Shown piece after piece: positions 1 through 8,733 of a DNA stretch of 47,957 nt. Within the stretch, counting starts at the first letter, position 1. Each line of letters starts with the position of its first letter. This DNA is from Alphaproteobacteria bacterium. GTDB taxonomy: Bacteria; Pseudomonadota; Alphaproteobacteria; CAAHEQ01; UBA3637. The notes under the pieces were generated by a model that saw nothing but the letters and a program-made list of their open reading frames with translations, searched no databases and had not been told where the DNA came from. Where the stretch lies: positions 1 to 47,957 of the forward strand of contig JAFPYW010000060.1 of the NCBI GenBank assembly GCA_017394405.1. The letters run 5' to 3'. Both the position numbers and the translations under genes were made by a program.

Positions 1-2373
1 AACCTGTATAAATATGATGAAAATGCCAAAGGGGAAAAGTTGTATTGCTTGGAAATGTTCTCTTATCCGTCCGGCGCCAGCTTGCATTGCGGCCACTGGT
101 ATAACTTTGCACCAATTGATTCTTGGGCTCGTTTCAAAAAGATGCAAGGCTATAACGTCTTCCATCCAATGGGTTTTGACGCCTTTGGTTTGCCCGCCGA
201 AAACTATGCGATTAAAACCGGTGTACATCCAAAAGATTCCACACTTAAAAACATTGACATCATGACAAATCAATTGATTGCCATGGGTGCAAATTACGAT
301 TGGAATTATTCGCTGAACACCTGCGACGAAGAATACTACAAATGGACACAATGGATCTTTGTGCAATTATATAAAAAGGGTTTGGCTTATCAAAAAGAAG
401 CGCCAGTGAACTGGTGCCCAAGTTGCCAAACGGTGCTCGCCAACGAACAAGTTGTGGATGGGTGCTGCGAACGCTGTAAAACACAAGTTGTTCAAAAGAA
501 AATGAAACAATGGTTCTTTAAGATTACAGATTACGCTGACGAATTGTTGGAAAAAATTGATGGCTTGAATTGGCCGGAAAAAACCAAGAAAATCCAAAAA
601 AACTGGATTGGTAAATCACATGGTTCTTTGATTACATTTGATATTGATAACGGCACGCAATTACAGGCCTTTACAACACGCGCCGATACATTGTATGGTT
701 TAAGTTATGTGGTCATCGCGCCAGAACATCCCGCCGTTGCCTCACTCACAAAACCAGAACAAAAAGAAGCCGTGGAAAAATATGTTGCTGATGCGGCAAA
801 AGTGAAAGAAATTGATCGTTTGTCCGAATCTCGCGAACGCACCGGTGTCTTTACAGGTTCCTATGCCACCAACCCAGTGGACGGGCGCAAGGTTCCTGTG
901 TGGGTGGCCGATTATGTGATTGCCACCTATGGGACGGGCTTTGTGATGGCTGTGCCAGCACATGACGAACGCGACTATGATTTTGCCAAACGCTATGATT
1001 TGCCGATTTCTCGCGTGATTGTGGATAAAGATGGCAACGAACAACCACTGCCTTTCTGCGAACACGGCAAGTTGGTGAACAGCCAAGAATTTTCAGGGCT
1101 CACAACGGAAGAAGCGATTCCTGCTATCGTGGCCAAATTAGCCAAAGATGGCAAAGGGGAACTCACAACCATGTTCCGTTTGCGCGACTGGTTGATTTCT
1201 CGCCAACGTTATTGGGGGGCACCAATTCCAATGATCCATTGTCCGCATTGTGGCACAGTGCCAGTTCCTGAGTCAGATTTGCCGGTAAAATTGCCGTATG
1301 ATGTGGAATTCCGTCCAGATGGTGAATCCCCACTCAAACGTTGTCCGGAATTTATGCATGTGAAATGTCCGGTTTGCGGTGCCGATGCCGAACGTGATCC
1401 AGATACGATGGATACCTTTGTGGATTCCAGCTGGTATTTCTTGCGCTATCCGGATGCCCGCAATGATAAAGAAGTTTTTAACAAAGAAAAAATCAACCGC
1501 ATGTGCCCGATTGACATGTATGTTGGTGGACAAGAACATGCGACCATGCACCTCTTGTACGCTCGTTTCTTTACCAAGGCGTTGCGTGATATGGGATATT
1601 TAAATTTTGACGAACCCTTTACCGCTTTGGTACATCAAGGCACAATCTTGGGTCCAGACGGACAAAAGATGAGTAAGTCCAAAGGCAACACCGTCAATCC
1701 CGATATTTATGTAGATAAATATGGTGCGGATGTGGTGCGTTTATTCTTTGAATTTGCGTTCTCATATACAGACGGCGGTCCGTGGTCCGATGCCGGTATT
1801 GATTCTATGGCACGTTATGTCAAACGTGTGGAAGCGTTGTTTGAAAAAGCCGCCACATTGGCTGACGCTGGATCCGAAATGGGCAAGCGCGAAAAAGATT
1901 TGGACTTTGTGCGCAACAGCACCATCAAGGCCGTCACAAAAGATTTGGATGTCATGCAATTCAATACATCCGTGGCACGTATGATGGAATACCTGAACGC
2001 ATTGAACGAATATATCCAAGGTCCTGTCAATAAAGCGTTCTTAAACGAATGCTTAAAGACTTATGTCGTCTTGTTGGCGCCATTTGCTCCGCATTTAACG
2101 GAAGAATTGTGGGAAGGTTTGGGAGAATCTTATTCCGTTCATAATCAACCATGGCCCTCAGTCAATGAAGAGGCCTTAGTCAAAAACGATATGACGATTG
2201 TGATTCAAACCAACGGTAAGTTGCGTGGTCAATTTGAAGTTGCCAAAACAACCGATAAAGACACGATTATTGCTATGGCCAAAGATAAGATCAAAGATTA
2301 TTTGGCGGGTAAAGAAATCGTCAAAGAAATCTATGTGCCGAACAAGTTGGTCAATATCGTGATCAAGGGATAA
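1..2373 (+). CDS. leuS: leucine--tRNA ligase (5' end outside window)
   Basis: Frame open from base 1 ([25 protein letters not shown]); HIGH-like [15 protein letters not shown], editing-domain FTTRADT and [28 protein letters not shown]. Confidence 0.97.
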   Translation, partial: NLYKYDENAKGEKLYCLEMFSYPSGASLHCGHWYNFAPIDSWARFKKMQGYNVFHPMGFDAFGLPAENYAIKTGVHPKDSTLKNIDIMTNQLIAMGANYDWNYSLNTCDEEYYKWTQWIFVQLYKKGLAYQKEAPVNWCPSCQTVLANEQVVDGCCERCKTQVVQKKMKQWFFKITDYADELLEKIDGLNWPEKTKKIQKNWIGKSHGSLITFDIDNGTQLQAFTTRADTLYGLSYVVIAPEHPAVASLTKPEQKEAVEKYVADAAKVKEIDRLSESRERTGVFTGSYATNPVDGRKVPVWVADYVIATYGTGFVMAVPAHDERDYDFAKRYDLPISRVIVDKDGNEQPLPFCEHGKLVNSQEFSGLTTEEAIPAIVAKLAKDGKGELTTMFRLRDWLISRQRYWGAPIPMIHCPHCGTVPVPESDLPVKLPYDVEFRPDGESPLKRCPEFMHVKCPVCGADAERDPDTMDTFVDSSWYFLRYPDARNDKEVFNKEKINRMCPIDMYVGGQEHATMHLLYARFFTKALRDMGYLNFDEPFTALVHQGTILGPDGQKMSKSKGNTVNPDIYVDKYGADVVRLFFEFAFSYTDGGPWSDAGIDSMARYVKRVEALFEKAATLADAGSEMGKREKDLDFVRNSTIKAVTKDLDVMQFNTSVARMMEYLNALNEYIQGPVNKAFLNECLKTYVVLLAPFAPHLTEELWEGLGESYSVHNQPWPSVNEEALVKNDMTIVIQTNGKLRGQFEVAKTTDKDTIIAMAKDKIKDYLAGKEIVKEIYVPNKLVNIVIKG

Positions 2374-2386
2374 GATCCCAGATATC

Positions 2387-2416
2387 AAAAAGCCCCGAGC
2401 AATCGGGGCTTTTTTT
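2387..2416. terminator. bidirectional intrinsic terminator between leuS and the Cys-rich gene
   Basis: AAAAAGCCCCGA-GCAA-TCGGGGCTTTTTTT hairpin with A and T tracts, between convergent genes. Confidence 0.9.
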
Positions 2417-2433
2417 ATTGGCCATTCTGCGCG

Positions 2434-5400
2434 TTACACACCGCTACAAATATGTGCGTTGTAATCCCATGATCCGCCAGCATCGGTACAGCAAGCCCCT
2501 TTCAACATATCACTGGCTAAAGGATCATCCAAGATGGTTGGATCACAACATTGTGGGTTGTAATCTGGAGAGGCACTATTGGCCGCAAGCGAACAACATT
2601 GAGCTGTAAATTCTTGCGCCCCCACGTCTTGACCTTGCTTGCAGCAGACGCCATTTATCCAAGTGCCACCGGCCTTGGTACAAGCGCTAGGGGAACTACC
2701 GCCATTTGGACAACATGTGTTGCTCCATACATCGTCATAATCTTTGCAGGTACGATATGTTTCATCGCCTTCTGTTTCAATTTCACAACAAACGTTACCC
2801 ACCTGTTGATATTTCTTTTCACCATTTGTCGGGCAGCCGCAATGTTCAACGTCCAACTTACAATACGGATATCCCACATCCAACGGCGTACAAGTGCTGT
2901 CATACGCTAAATTATTATAGCAACAAGTACCATTTTTGTTTTCACCCTGGTTGCCAGCAAATTGTGGACAATCGCAAGCCGTAATATTAACTTCGCTGTA
3001 GGTTCCAGCATTTCGGTCATAAGCATAGCCCCACTTACAACATGTTCCGTTTTTCAATTCACCCTGGTCCCCATTATCATACGGACAACCGCAGGTCGTA
3101 TAGTCATTTTGTTGGCTTCCGCCATTACTGATCCGGTCGCTATATTGGTTACAGCAAATGTTGCTATCTGAACCAGGGCCACCCCTTGGGCTATATCCGT
3201 CTGGGCATCCACAATATTTGGTATCAATGGCGCTGTAGTTGGAACCATCCCAGGCATATCCATTATTGCCACAACAGATTTTGCCGTCTTTGTTCCACGT
3301 ACCCCAACCCGATTGATTGCTTGGGCAACCACAGGCCGCATAGTTATCTTTAGTTATAGATGGATTGTCCTCGGTCACCTCTTTGCCTATCTCGCTGGAC
3401 GAACAACAGACATTTTCATATCCTTCCACTTCGCTTCGACGGGATCCTTCTGGACAACCACAAGCATTATCCCGCTCGGTCTGTGCATTCATAGCATCCG
3501 TTCCGCTTACAATTTTATACCCAGATCTGCTGCTGCAGCAAACAGAGTAGTCGGACGACATAGAACCGCCCAATCCCGTACAACAGTCGGGTTCTATGAA
3601 GGTGGTACTGCCTTGGCCATGTAAACCATTACAACATTCTTTTGCACCGCCACTTAGGGAATAGGCGGGCCCATTAGACGGACAACATTGGCTATAATCT
3701 GCAGTAGAGACACTATGCTCGCTGTCATCACAACAGAATTTATAATCACTAGAACCAGTATAAGTATTACTCATGGCACCCGATGGCGTTGAACAACAAC
3801 TCGTTGCCATATAATTCCACTCATCCCGCTCATAACCGTAACCAAAGTAAGATTTCCATGCGGAGCAACATTCGGTGCTGGTTAAACCCAACGCCATACA
3901 ACAGGCGCCCGAGACCCCTTCTTTACCATATTCCTTACCATCAGACATACAACAAATGGCTGAACCCGAATCGCTTATCATCTCACCCGGACAGCAGTTT
4001 TCATCCCATTCACCTGTTGCCTGATTAATCATACCATCACAGCATGTGCCATTCCTGAATTCTGGATCACCTTCCCATCCATGGCCACAGCAATATTTCT
4101 TTGAATAATCCCAATTGCCGTTGCCGTCATGACAACATTCGGTATGGGTTCCTTCTTCATCATAAACTTCATTTGCAAATCCTTTCTTACAGCACCAACG
4201 ATGTGTACCTGGTTCGCGACCCAAATCATCATCATCAGGACCACATCCGCAAGCATCCAAGTTTGAAACCTCAATTCCATCTTTCGTTATTTCAGTTCCT
4301 AGTCCAGTACAGCACACATATTCAACATCACTATTTTCGTCGTATTGGAATTCCACAGGGGCATTGCCACTCGGACAGCCGCAATGTTCAGGCATCCATT
4401 CGTCTGGATAAGACGCATATCCTATATGGTTGGAATCACAGCATGTACCATGTCTTGTTCCATTTGGATCCATCCAGAAATATCCACCTTCGGCCATGCA
4501 ACAATCATCATATCCCAGGAGGGAGGCTTGTGCAGCCGATGTTGAACAACAATATGCGCTTTCATGATACCATGTTTTTCCATGATATCTCTCATCATCA
4601 CAGCACACATAGCTGCCATTTGATAAGTCAGTATATCCATACTCACCACCACAGCAATAGATTGATTCAGCATTATATGCCCCACCCTCATAATCTGAAT
4701 TCCATTCAAAGCCATTTTTACAACAATATTGTTTACCATATTTTTCGGTCGGTTCTACACCCTCCGGACAGCCACATTTATCAACATCGGCCATGCGGTA
4801 CGATCCATTTTCATCAGGCAATTTTCCATTGCTGCAACAAATTGGATTGCCATTATCATCGTATGACGGATCGATCTCCACATCACCATCTTTAGGACAT
4901 ATACTCTCGCACGTGTCGCCAACCGCATGTGTACTACCGGTACAACAATGCGTCAGACCATAATAATCCACCTCTGTCACTGTTCCGTTCTCACAGCAAC
5001 CGGAATTTGTACAGTTGCCAGCTGAATCTCGGGCATCGCAATAGTATGGCGCATCATTTGAACATTTATTTTCACATTCACCGCCTGGTGTCCGTTCTTG
5101 ACTTTCCGAACACTTTTCTTTACATTCCTTATGGTCATCTACTTCAACAACTTCCATGTTTTCGTCATTACAACATGTCTTTGTGTTGCCATTTGTGACC
5201 AATTTATCGGAGTCGCAACAATCAGCCATTCCGCTGGATGTGTAGTAAAGTTCTGTTTCGCCTTTACAACAAACGTTCATACCGCCAGGTGCCAAAGACC
5301 ACTTACCCGATGGACAACATTCACCATCCACGTTCTTTTCGCCTTCACCGCAGCAATTACCATCGGCATCAGCATCAAGTCCCTCTTTGCAACAAACGCG

Positions 5401-8400
5401 TCCGTTAGAATCACCAGCGGCATTATAACGTTCGGTCGGAACTTCGCCGGACCGACAACACATTTGGCCATCATTTTCGTCGCCAACGGCATACAGTTCA
5501 TTGCCTTGATCATCTTGGCCACAACATTCGTATTTGCTCTTTTCAGCGTTCCATATCCGTTTTACCGTCAAACAGCAATAATTGTCGGCCGATCTGACCG
5601 GTGTTTCATTTTCAGCACAGCAAACGGAATCGCGCCAGAATCCGATCTTGCCGGGCGCACAACATGTCGTTTCATCCGGCATTGGAATTTCACCTTCTTT
5701 ACAACACACTGTTCTCTTGTTTGTTGTACCCGGCCAACTTTGCCATAGTGATGAAGAATCAATAATCACAGCAACTTTGCCATCTTCACCGCAACAATGA
5801 CCTGTTTTATCGGCGCCGGCGGCCTTGTCCTCACAACACACCTGATGTGAATAGTTGCCATAGTTATTTTGCGTATCACCGAAATATGTGACAAGATGTT
5901 CCATTGAACAACACACGTCATTGTCATCCAACAATTCTGAGCAACATTCGCCGTCTTTATCTAACTTATCACTTCCTGTACAGCAGGAACCATGCTTATC
6001 CACATTCCACACATCTTGGTCACAACAGGCGGATCCAAGAGCAGAGGCATCGGCACCCTCCGGCAAGATCTTTTTGCCCAAGTTCGCACAACAATCAGCA
6101 TCTCCTAACCTTGCGCCCTCATATATTGCCTTATCGCCATCACAACATTTCACACCGGAACTTGTGGTAATTTCTGTGGTTCCATTTGGACATTTACAGT
6201 TGCCCGTTGTATAATCACGATCCACACCATAGCATTTATCCAAGCAGACATACGATGGATAATTATTATACCACGTATCTTTATCCGGTCCGCACCAACA
6301 ACTGCATCCGTTTGGCTCAAAGACTTCACCTTTGGCGATACATTCTTGTTCTTTTTCTTCCTTGTTGTTGCAAACACACTCATCACCCTCTAAATGCTTG
6401 CCTGAAACACATTCGCACGAACACTTGCTATAAACCCATTCTTTATCGGTGCCACATCCTTCAATCGGCTGTTGCATGTCTGTCGGACATTTACACGTTC
6501 TGGTTGTACTGTTCCACACCCGAGGTGCAGTACATCTGTCTTCACACTTACAATCGGTAGTATTCCATTTCTGTTCTTCTCGACAATTGGCTTCTTCTGC
6601 GCTCATCAAACAAACACAATGGCAGGCATCCACACTCCATTCTTTACCTTCACCACAGCTCTCGGCTGGCTCTGTACGTTTGCACTTGCAAGAACAGCTA
6701 TCTGCATCCCATTCTCTGAGTGTGCTTTCACAATTAGATCCGCTTTGTGTGCATACACATTGTTTGGTGCCATTTTCCGTCACAACGTGCTTCTTTGAAT
6801 CATCGCAACAATGTTTGTCCTCACCTTCGCCGACAACCAAATCCATATTACAGCAATGATCGTCTACCCATTCTTCATCGTCGGCACATTCTATGCAATC
6901 GCCGTTTTCGTCGCGACCAGTATCGCATTTTTCTTTACATTCTTTAACGCCATTGACGACCACAACTTCTTTGCCTTCGTCATCACAACATTTGTCTTTA
7001 CCATCTGAACTGTACTTGTTCGCGATGTTGCAGCAACGGCCTTCAACAACTTCTTCATCGTCAGCGCATTCTTCACATTCGCCGGTTTCAGAATTACGAC
7101 CAGAACCAGTATCACATTTATCTTTACATTGCTTTGTACCGTCAATCTCTACAATCTCTTTATTTTCATCTGTGCAACAAACCTTAGTTTCACCCTCATA
7201 AGCGACCTGACTGGAATCACAGCATTGTTTGTTTTCGCCTTCGCCAACAATTTCTTTGCCTTCGTCATCACAACATTTGTCTTTACCATCTGAACTATAC
7301 TTGTTCGCGATGTTGCAGCAACGGCCTTCAATCACTTCTTCATCGTCAGCACATTCTTCACAGCCGTTGCTCGTATATTTCATACCGCTTGCACAACAAC
7401 CATAGTGAGCTTGGTCCTCATCATCATAATATGAACTTGTTTCTTCCCCTTCTTTACAACATGTGCCATTAGCTGCTGCATCAATTCCCTTAGGACAACA
7501 CACCGTTGAAAACGTACCATCACCCGCGTATATACCATGTTCACCTTCTGCACAACACTCCAAATTCTCATCGTCCCATCCATAAAATGCATTGTGAGCA
7601 TAACCATTTGCACAACATAAATCTGGCCTGTGCTTATTGGTTGCCAAATCTACTCGTTGATCATCACAACATGTCGTTTCCCCATCTGGATTCGTAATCA
7701 TTGTACCGCCTGCCGCTGTACAACAATCAGCATCCAATTCTCCTTCGGCATTCTTTGCCCCGTTACAACATTTACCGGCTTCGGAATTATAGGTTGTTCC
7801 ATCCGGACAATCGTCCTCGCTTGGCACACATTCGCCTTGGTCGTTTTCGGTATATCCATCATAGCATTCTTTATATTTATGACAGGTTTTGGCCCAAGCG
7901 CTTTTCACAAACAAATTCCAATTCCAAGCGGTTGATTCATCATCACAAATTTCACAATACTTACAATGTTCTTCTTCGCTTTCGGAATAAGTACCATTTC
8001 TGGCTTCGCAACATTCACGTGTAATGGCGTATTTTTCACCCAACGGCGGACAGCACATTTGATCATCCGGATTACCAACGGGTTCGTTATTATCTGCACA
8101 ACATGTGGTGACACCATCTTTCGTGGCACTTTTGCCTTCCGGACAATCTGGGTTCGGTTCGCATTCGCCAGTGGCGCTATTGCGTATTTGATTTTCTGGA
8201 CATGGGCAATGTTCATCATCCACCTTGGTATAATCTTCAGCATCATCGTCCCATGCTTTATGGTTCTTACAGCAATATCCACCTTTTCTTGTACCTCCCT
8301 TCGGACAGGTACAAGCTTGCTGTTCGCTGTCCCACACCAATGGCTCCTTACATGGCGCACACAAATACCCGCTGCCGTAGGTGCGTTCTTGCCCTTCTGG

Positions 8401-8670
8401 ACATTTATCCGCACAGGCAAAATCCAAATCTGCATAACCACGTTTTGCACAACATTCATAAACAGTCGGCGTAATGCCAAATGACTCAGCGCGCTTTGGT
8501 TTATCTGCCGGACAGCACTCACCATTTGCCGCTTGTACACCCTTTGGACAACAAACCTCTTTGAGCGAAGGATAATCTCTCACAGCAGCTGGTTTATCTG
8601 CCGGACAGCACTCACCATTTGCCGCTTGCACACCCTTTGGACAACAAACCTCGTGGCCCGAAGATTTCAC
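2434..8670 (-). CDS. giant cysteine-rich repeat protein, C-terminal part (continues 8699-10768 across a 1-nt frameshift)
   Basis: 2078-aa ORF dominated by CC, CxC, CxCxC and CGCP motifs; no signal peptide or obvious RBS of its own; frame stays open upstream to the extra base at 8713-8715. Confidence 0.85.
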   Translation of the reverse strand: MKSSGHEVCCPKGVQAANGECCPADKPAAVRDYPSLKEVCCPKGVQAANGECCPADKPKRAESFGITPTVYECCAKRGYADLDFACADKCPEGQERTYGSGYLCAPCKEPLVWDSEQQACTCPKGGTRKGGYCCKNHKAWDDDAEDYTKVDDEHCPCPENQIRNSATGECEPNPDCPEGKSATKDGVTTCCADNNEPVGNPDDQMCCPPLGEKYAITRECCEARNGTYSESEEEHCKYCEICDDESTAWNWNLFVKSAWAKTCHKYKECYDGYTENDQGECVPSEDDCPDGTTYNSEAGKCCNGAKNAEGELDADCCTAAGGTMITNPDGETTCCDDQRVDLATNKHRPDLCCANGYAHNAFYGWDDENLECCAEGEHGIYAGDGTFSTVCCPKGIDAAANGTCCKEGEETSSYYDDEDQAHYGCCASGMKYTSNGCEECADDEEVIEGRCCNIANKYSSDGKDKCCDDEGKEIVGEGENKQCCDSSQVAYEGETKVCCTDENKEIVEIDGTKQCKDKCDTGSGRNSETGECEECADDEEVVEGRCCNIANKYSSDGKDKCCDDEGKEVVVVNGVKECKEKCDTGRDENGDCIECADDEEWVDDHCCNMDLVVGEGEDKHCCDDSKKHVVTENGTKQCVCTQSGSNCESTLREWDADSCSCKCKRTEPAESCGEGKEWSVDACHCVCLMSAEEANCREEQKWNTTDCKCEDRCTAPRVWNSTTRTCKCPTDMQQPIEGCGTDKEWVYSKCSCECVSGKHLEGDECVCNNKEEKEQECIAKGEVFEPNGCSCWCGPDKDTWYNNYPSYVCLDKCYGVDRDYTTGNCKCPNGTTEITTSSGVKCCDGDKAIYEGARLGDADCCANLGKKILPEGADASALGSACCDQDVWNVDKHGSCCTGSDKLDKDGECCSELLDDNDVCCSMEHLVTYFGDTQNNYGNYSHQVCCEDKAAGADKTGHCCGEDGKVAVIIDSSSLWQSWPGTTNKRTVCCKEGEIPMPDETTCCAPGKIGFWRDSVCCAENETPVRSADNYCCLTVKRIWNAEKSKYECCGQDDQGNELYAVGDENDGQMCCRSGEVPTERYNAAGDSNGRVCCKEGLDADADGNCCGEGEKNVDGECCPSGKWSLAPGGMNVCCKGETELYYTSSGMADCCDSDKLVTNGNTKTCCNDENMEVVEVDDHKECKEKCSESQERTPGGECENKCSNDAPYYCDARDSAGNCTNSGCCENGTVTEVDYYGLTHCCTGSTHAVGDTCESICPKDGDVEIDPSYDDNGNPICCSNGKLPDENGSYRMADVDKCGCPEGVEPTEKYGKQYCCKNGFEWNSDYEGGAYNAESIYCCGGEYGYTDLSNGSYVCCDDERYHGKTWYHESAYCCSTSAAQASLLGYDDCCMAEGGYFWMDPNGTRHGTCCDSNHIGYASYPDEWMPEHCGCPSGNAPVEFQYDENSDVEYVCCTGLGTEITKDGIEVSNLDACGCGPDDDDLGREPGTHRWCCKKGFANEVYDEEGTHTECCHDGNGNWDYSKKYCCGHGWEGDPEFRNGTCCDGMINQATGEWDENCCPGEMISDSGSAICCMSDGKEYGKEGVSGACCMALGLTSTECCSAWKSYFGYGYERDEWNYMATSCCSTPSGAMSNTYTGSSDYKFCCDDSEHSVSTADYSQCCPSNGPAYSLSGGAKECCNGLHGQGSTTFIEPDCCTGLGGSMSSDYSVCCSSRSGYKIVSGTDAMNAQTERDNACGCPEGSRRSEVEGYENVCCSSSEIGKEVTEDNPSITKDNYAACGCPSNQSGWGTWNKDGKICCGNNGYAWDGSNYSAIDTKYCGCPDGYSPRGGPGSDSNICCNQYSDRISNGGSQQNDYTTCGCPYDNGDQGELKNGTCCKWGYAYDRNAGTYSEVNITACDCPQFAGNQGENKNGTCCYNNLAYDSTCTPLDVGYPYCKLDVEHCGCPTNGEKKYQQVGNVCCEIETEGDETYRTCKDYDDVWSNTCCPNGGSSPSACTKAGGTWINGVCCKQGQDVGAQEFTAQCCSLAANSASPDYNPQCCDPTILDDPLASDMLKGACCTDAGGSWDYNAHICSGV
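6967..7362. repeat. 111-bp intragenic direct repeat (6967-7077 and 7252-7362)
   Basis: Near-identical copies encoding CEECADDEEV(I/V)EGRCCNIANKYSSDGKDKCCDDEGKE; offset 285 nt, in frame. Confidence 0.9.
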
Positions 8671-8733
8671 AACAACTGGTTTATCTGCCGGACAGCACTC
8701 ACCATTTACCGCTTTCTACACCCCATGGACAAC
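8497..8733. repeat. tandem intragenic repeats (8497-8559, 8590-8652, degenerate copy 8677-8733)
   Basis: TGGTTTATCTGCCGGACAGCACTCACCATTT... encoding EVCCPKGVQAANGECCPADKP; a partial further copy lies near 9482-9516. Confidence 0.9.

Noticed and set aside
6967-7362. Diversity-generating retroelement TR/VR pair
   Set aside because: Both copies are internal coding repeats with only a few mismatches that are not consistently at adenines, and there is no reverse transcriptase in the window.
8699-8701. TGA readthrough (selenocysteine or recoded stop) joining the two Cys-rich ORFs
   Set aside because: The same frame hits TAA six codons later and the continuation is in another frame. TGA is a normal stop elsewhere (slyX, rluC, asmA).
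8497-8733. CRISPR-like repeat-spacer pattern
   Set aside because: The repeats are ~63 bp, in frame inside a coding sequence and only three in number; there are no cas genes.
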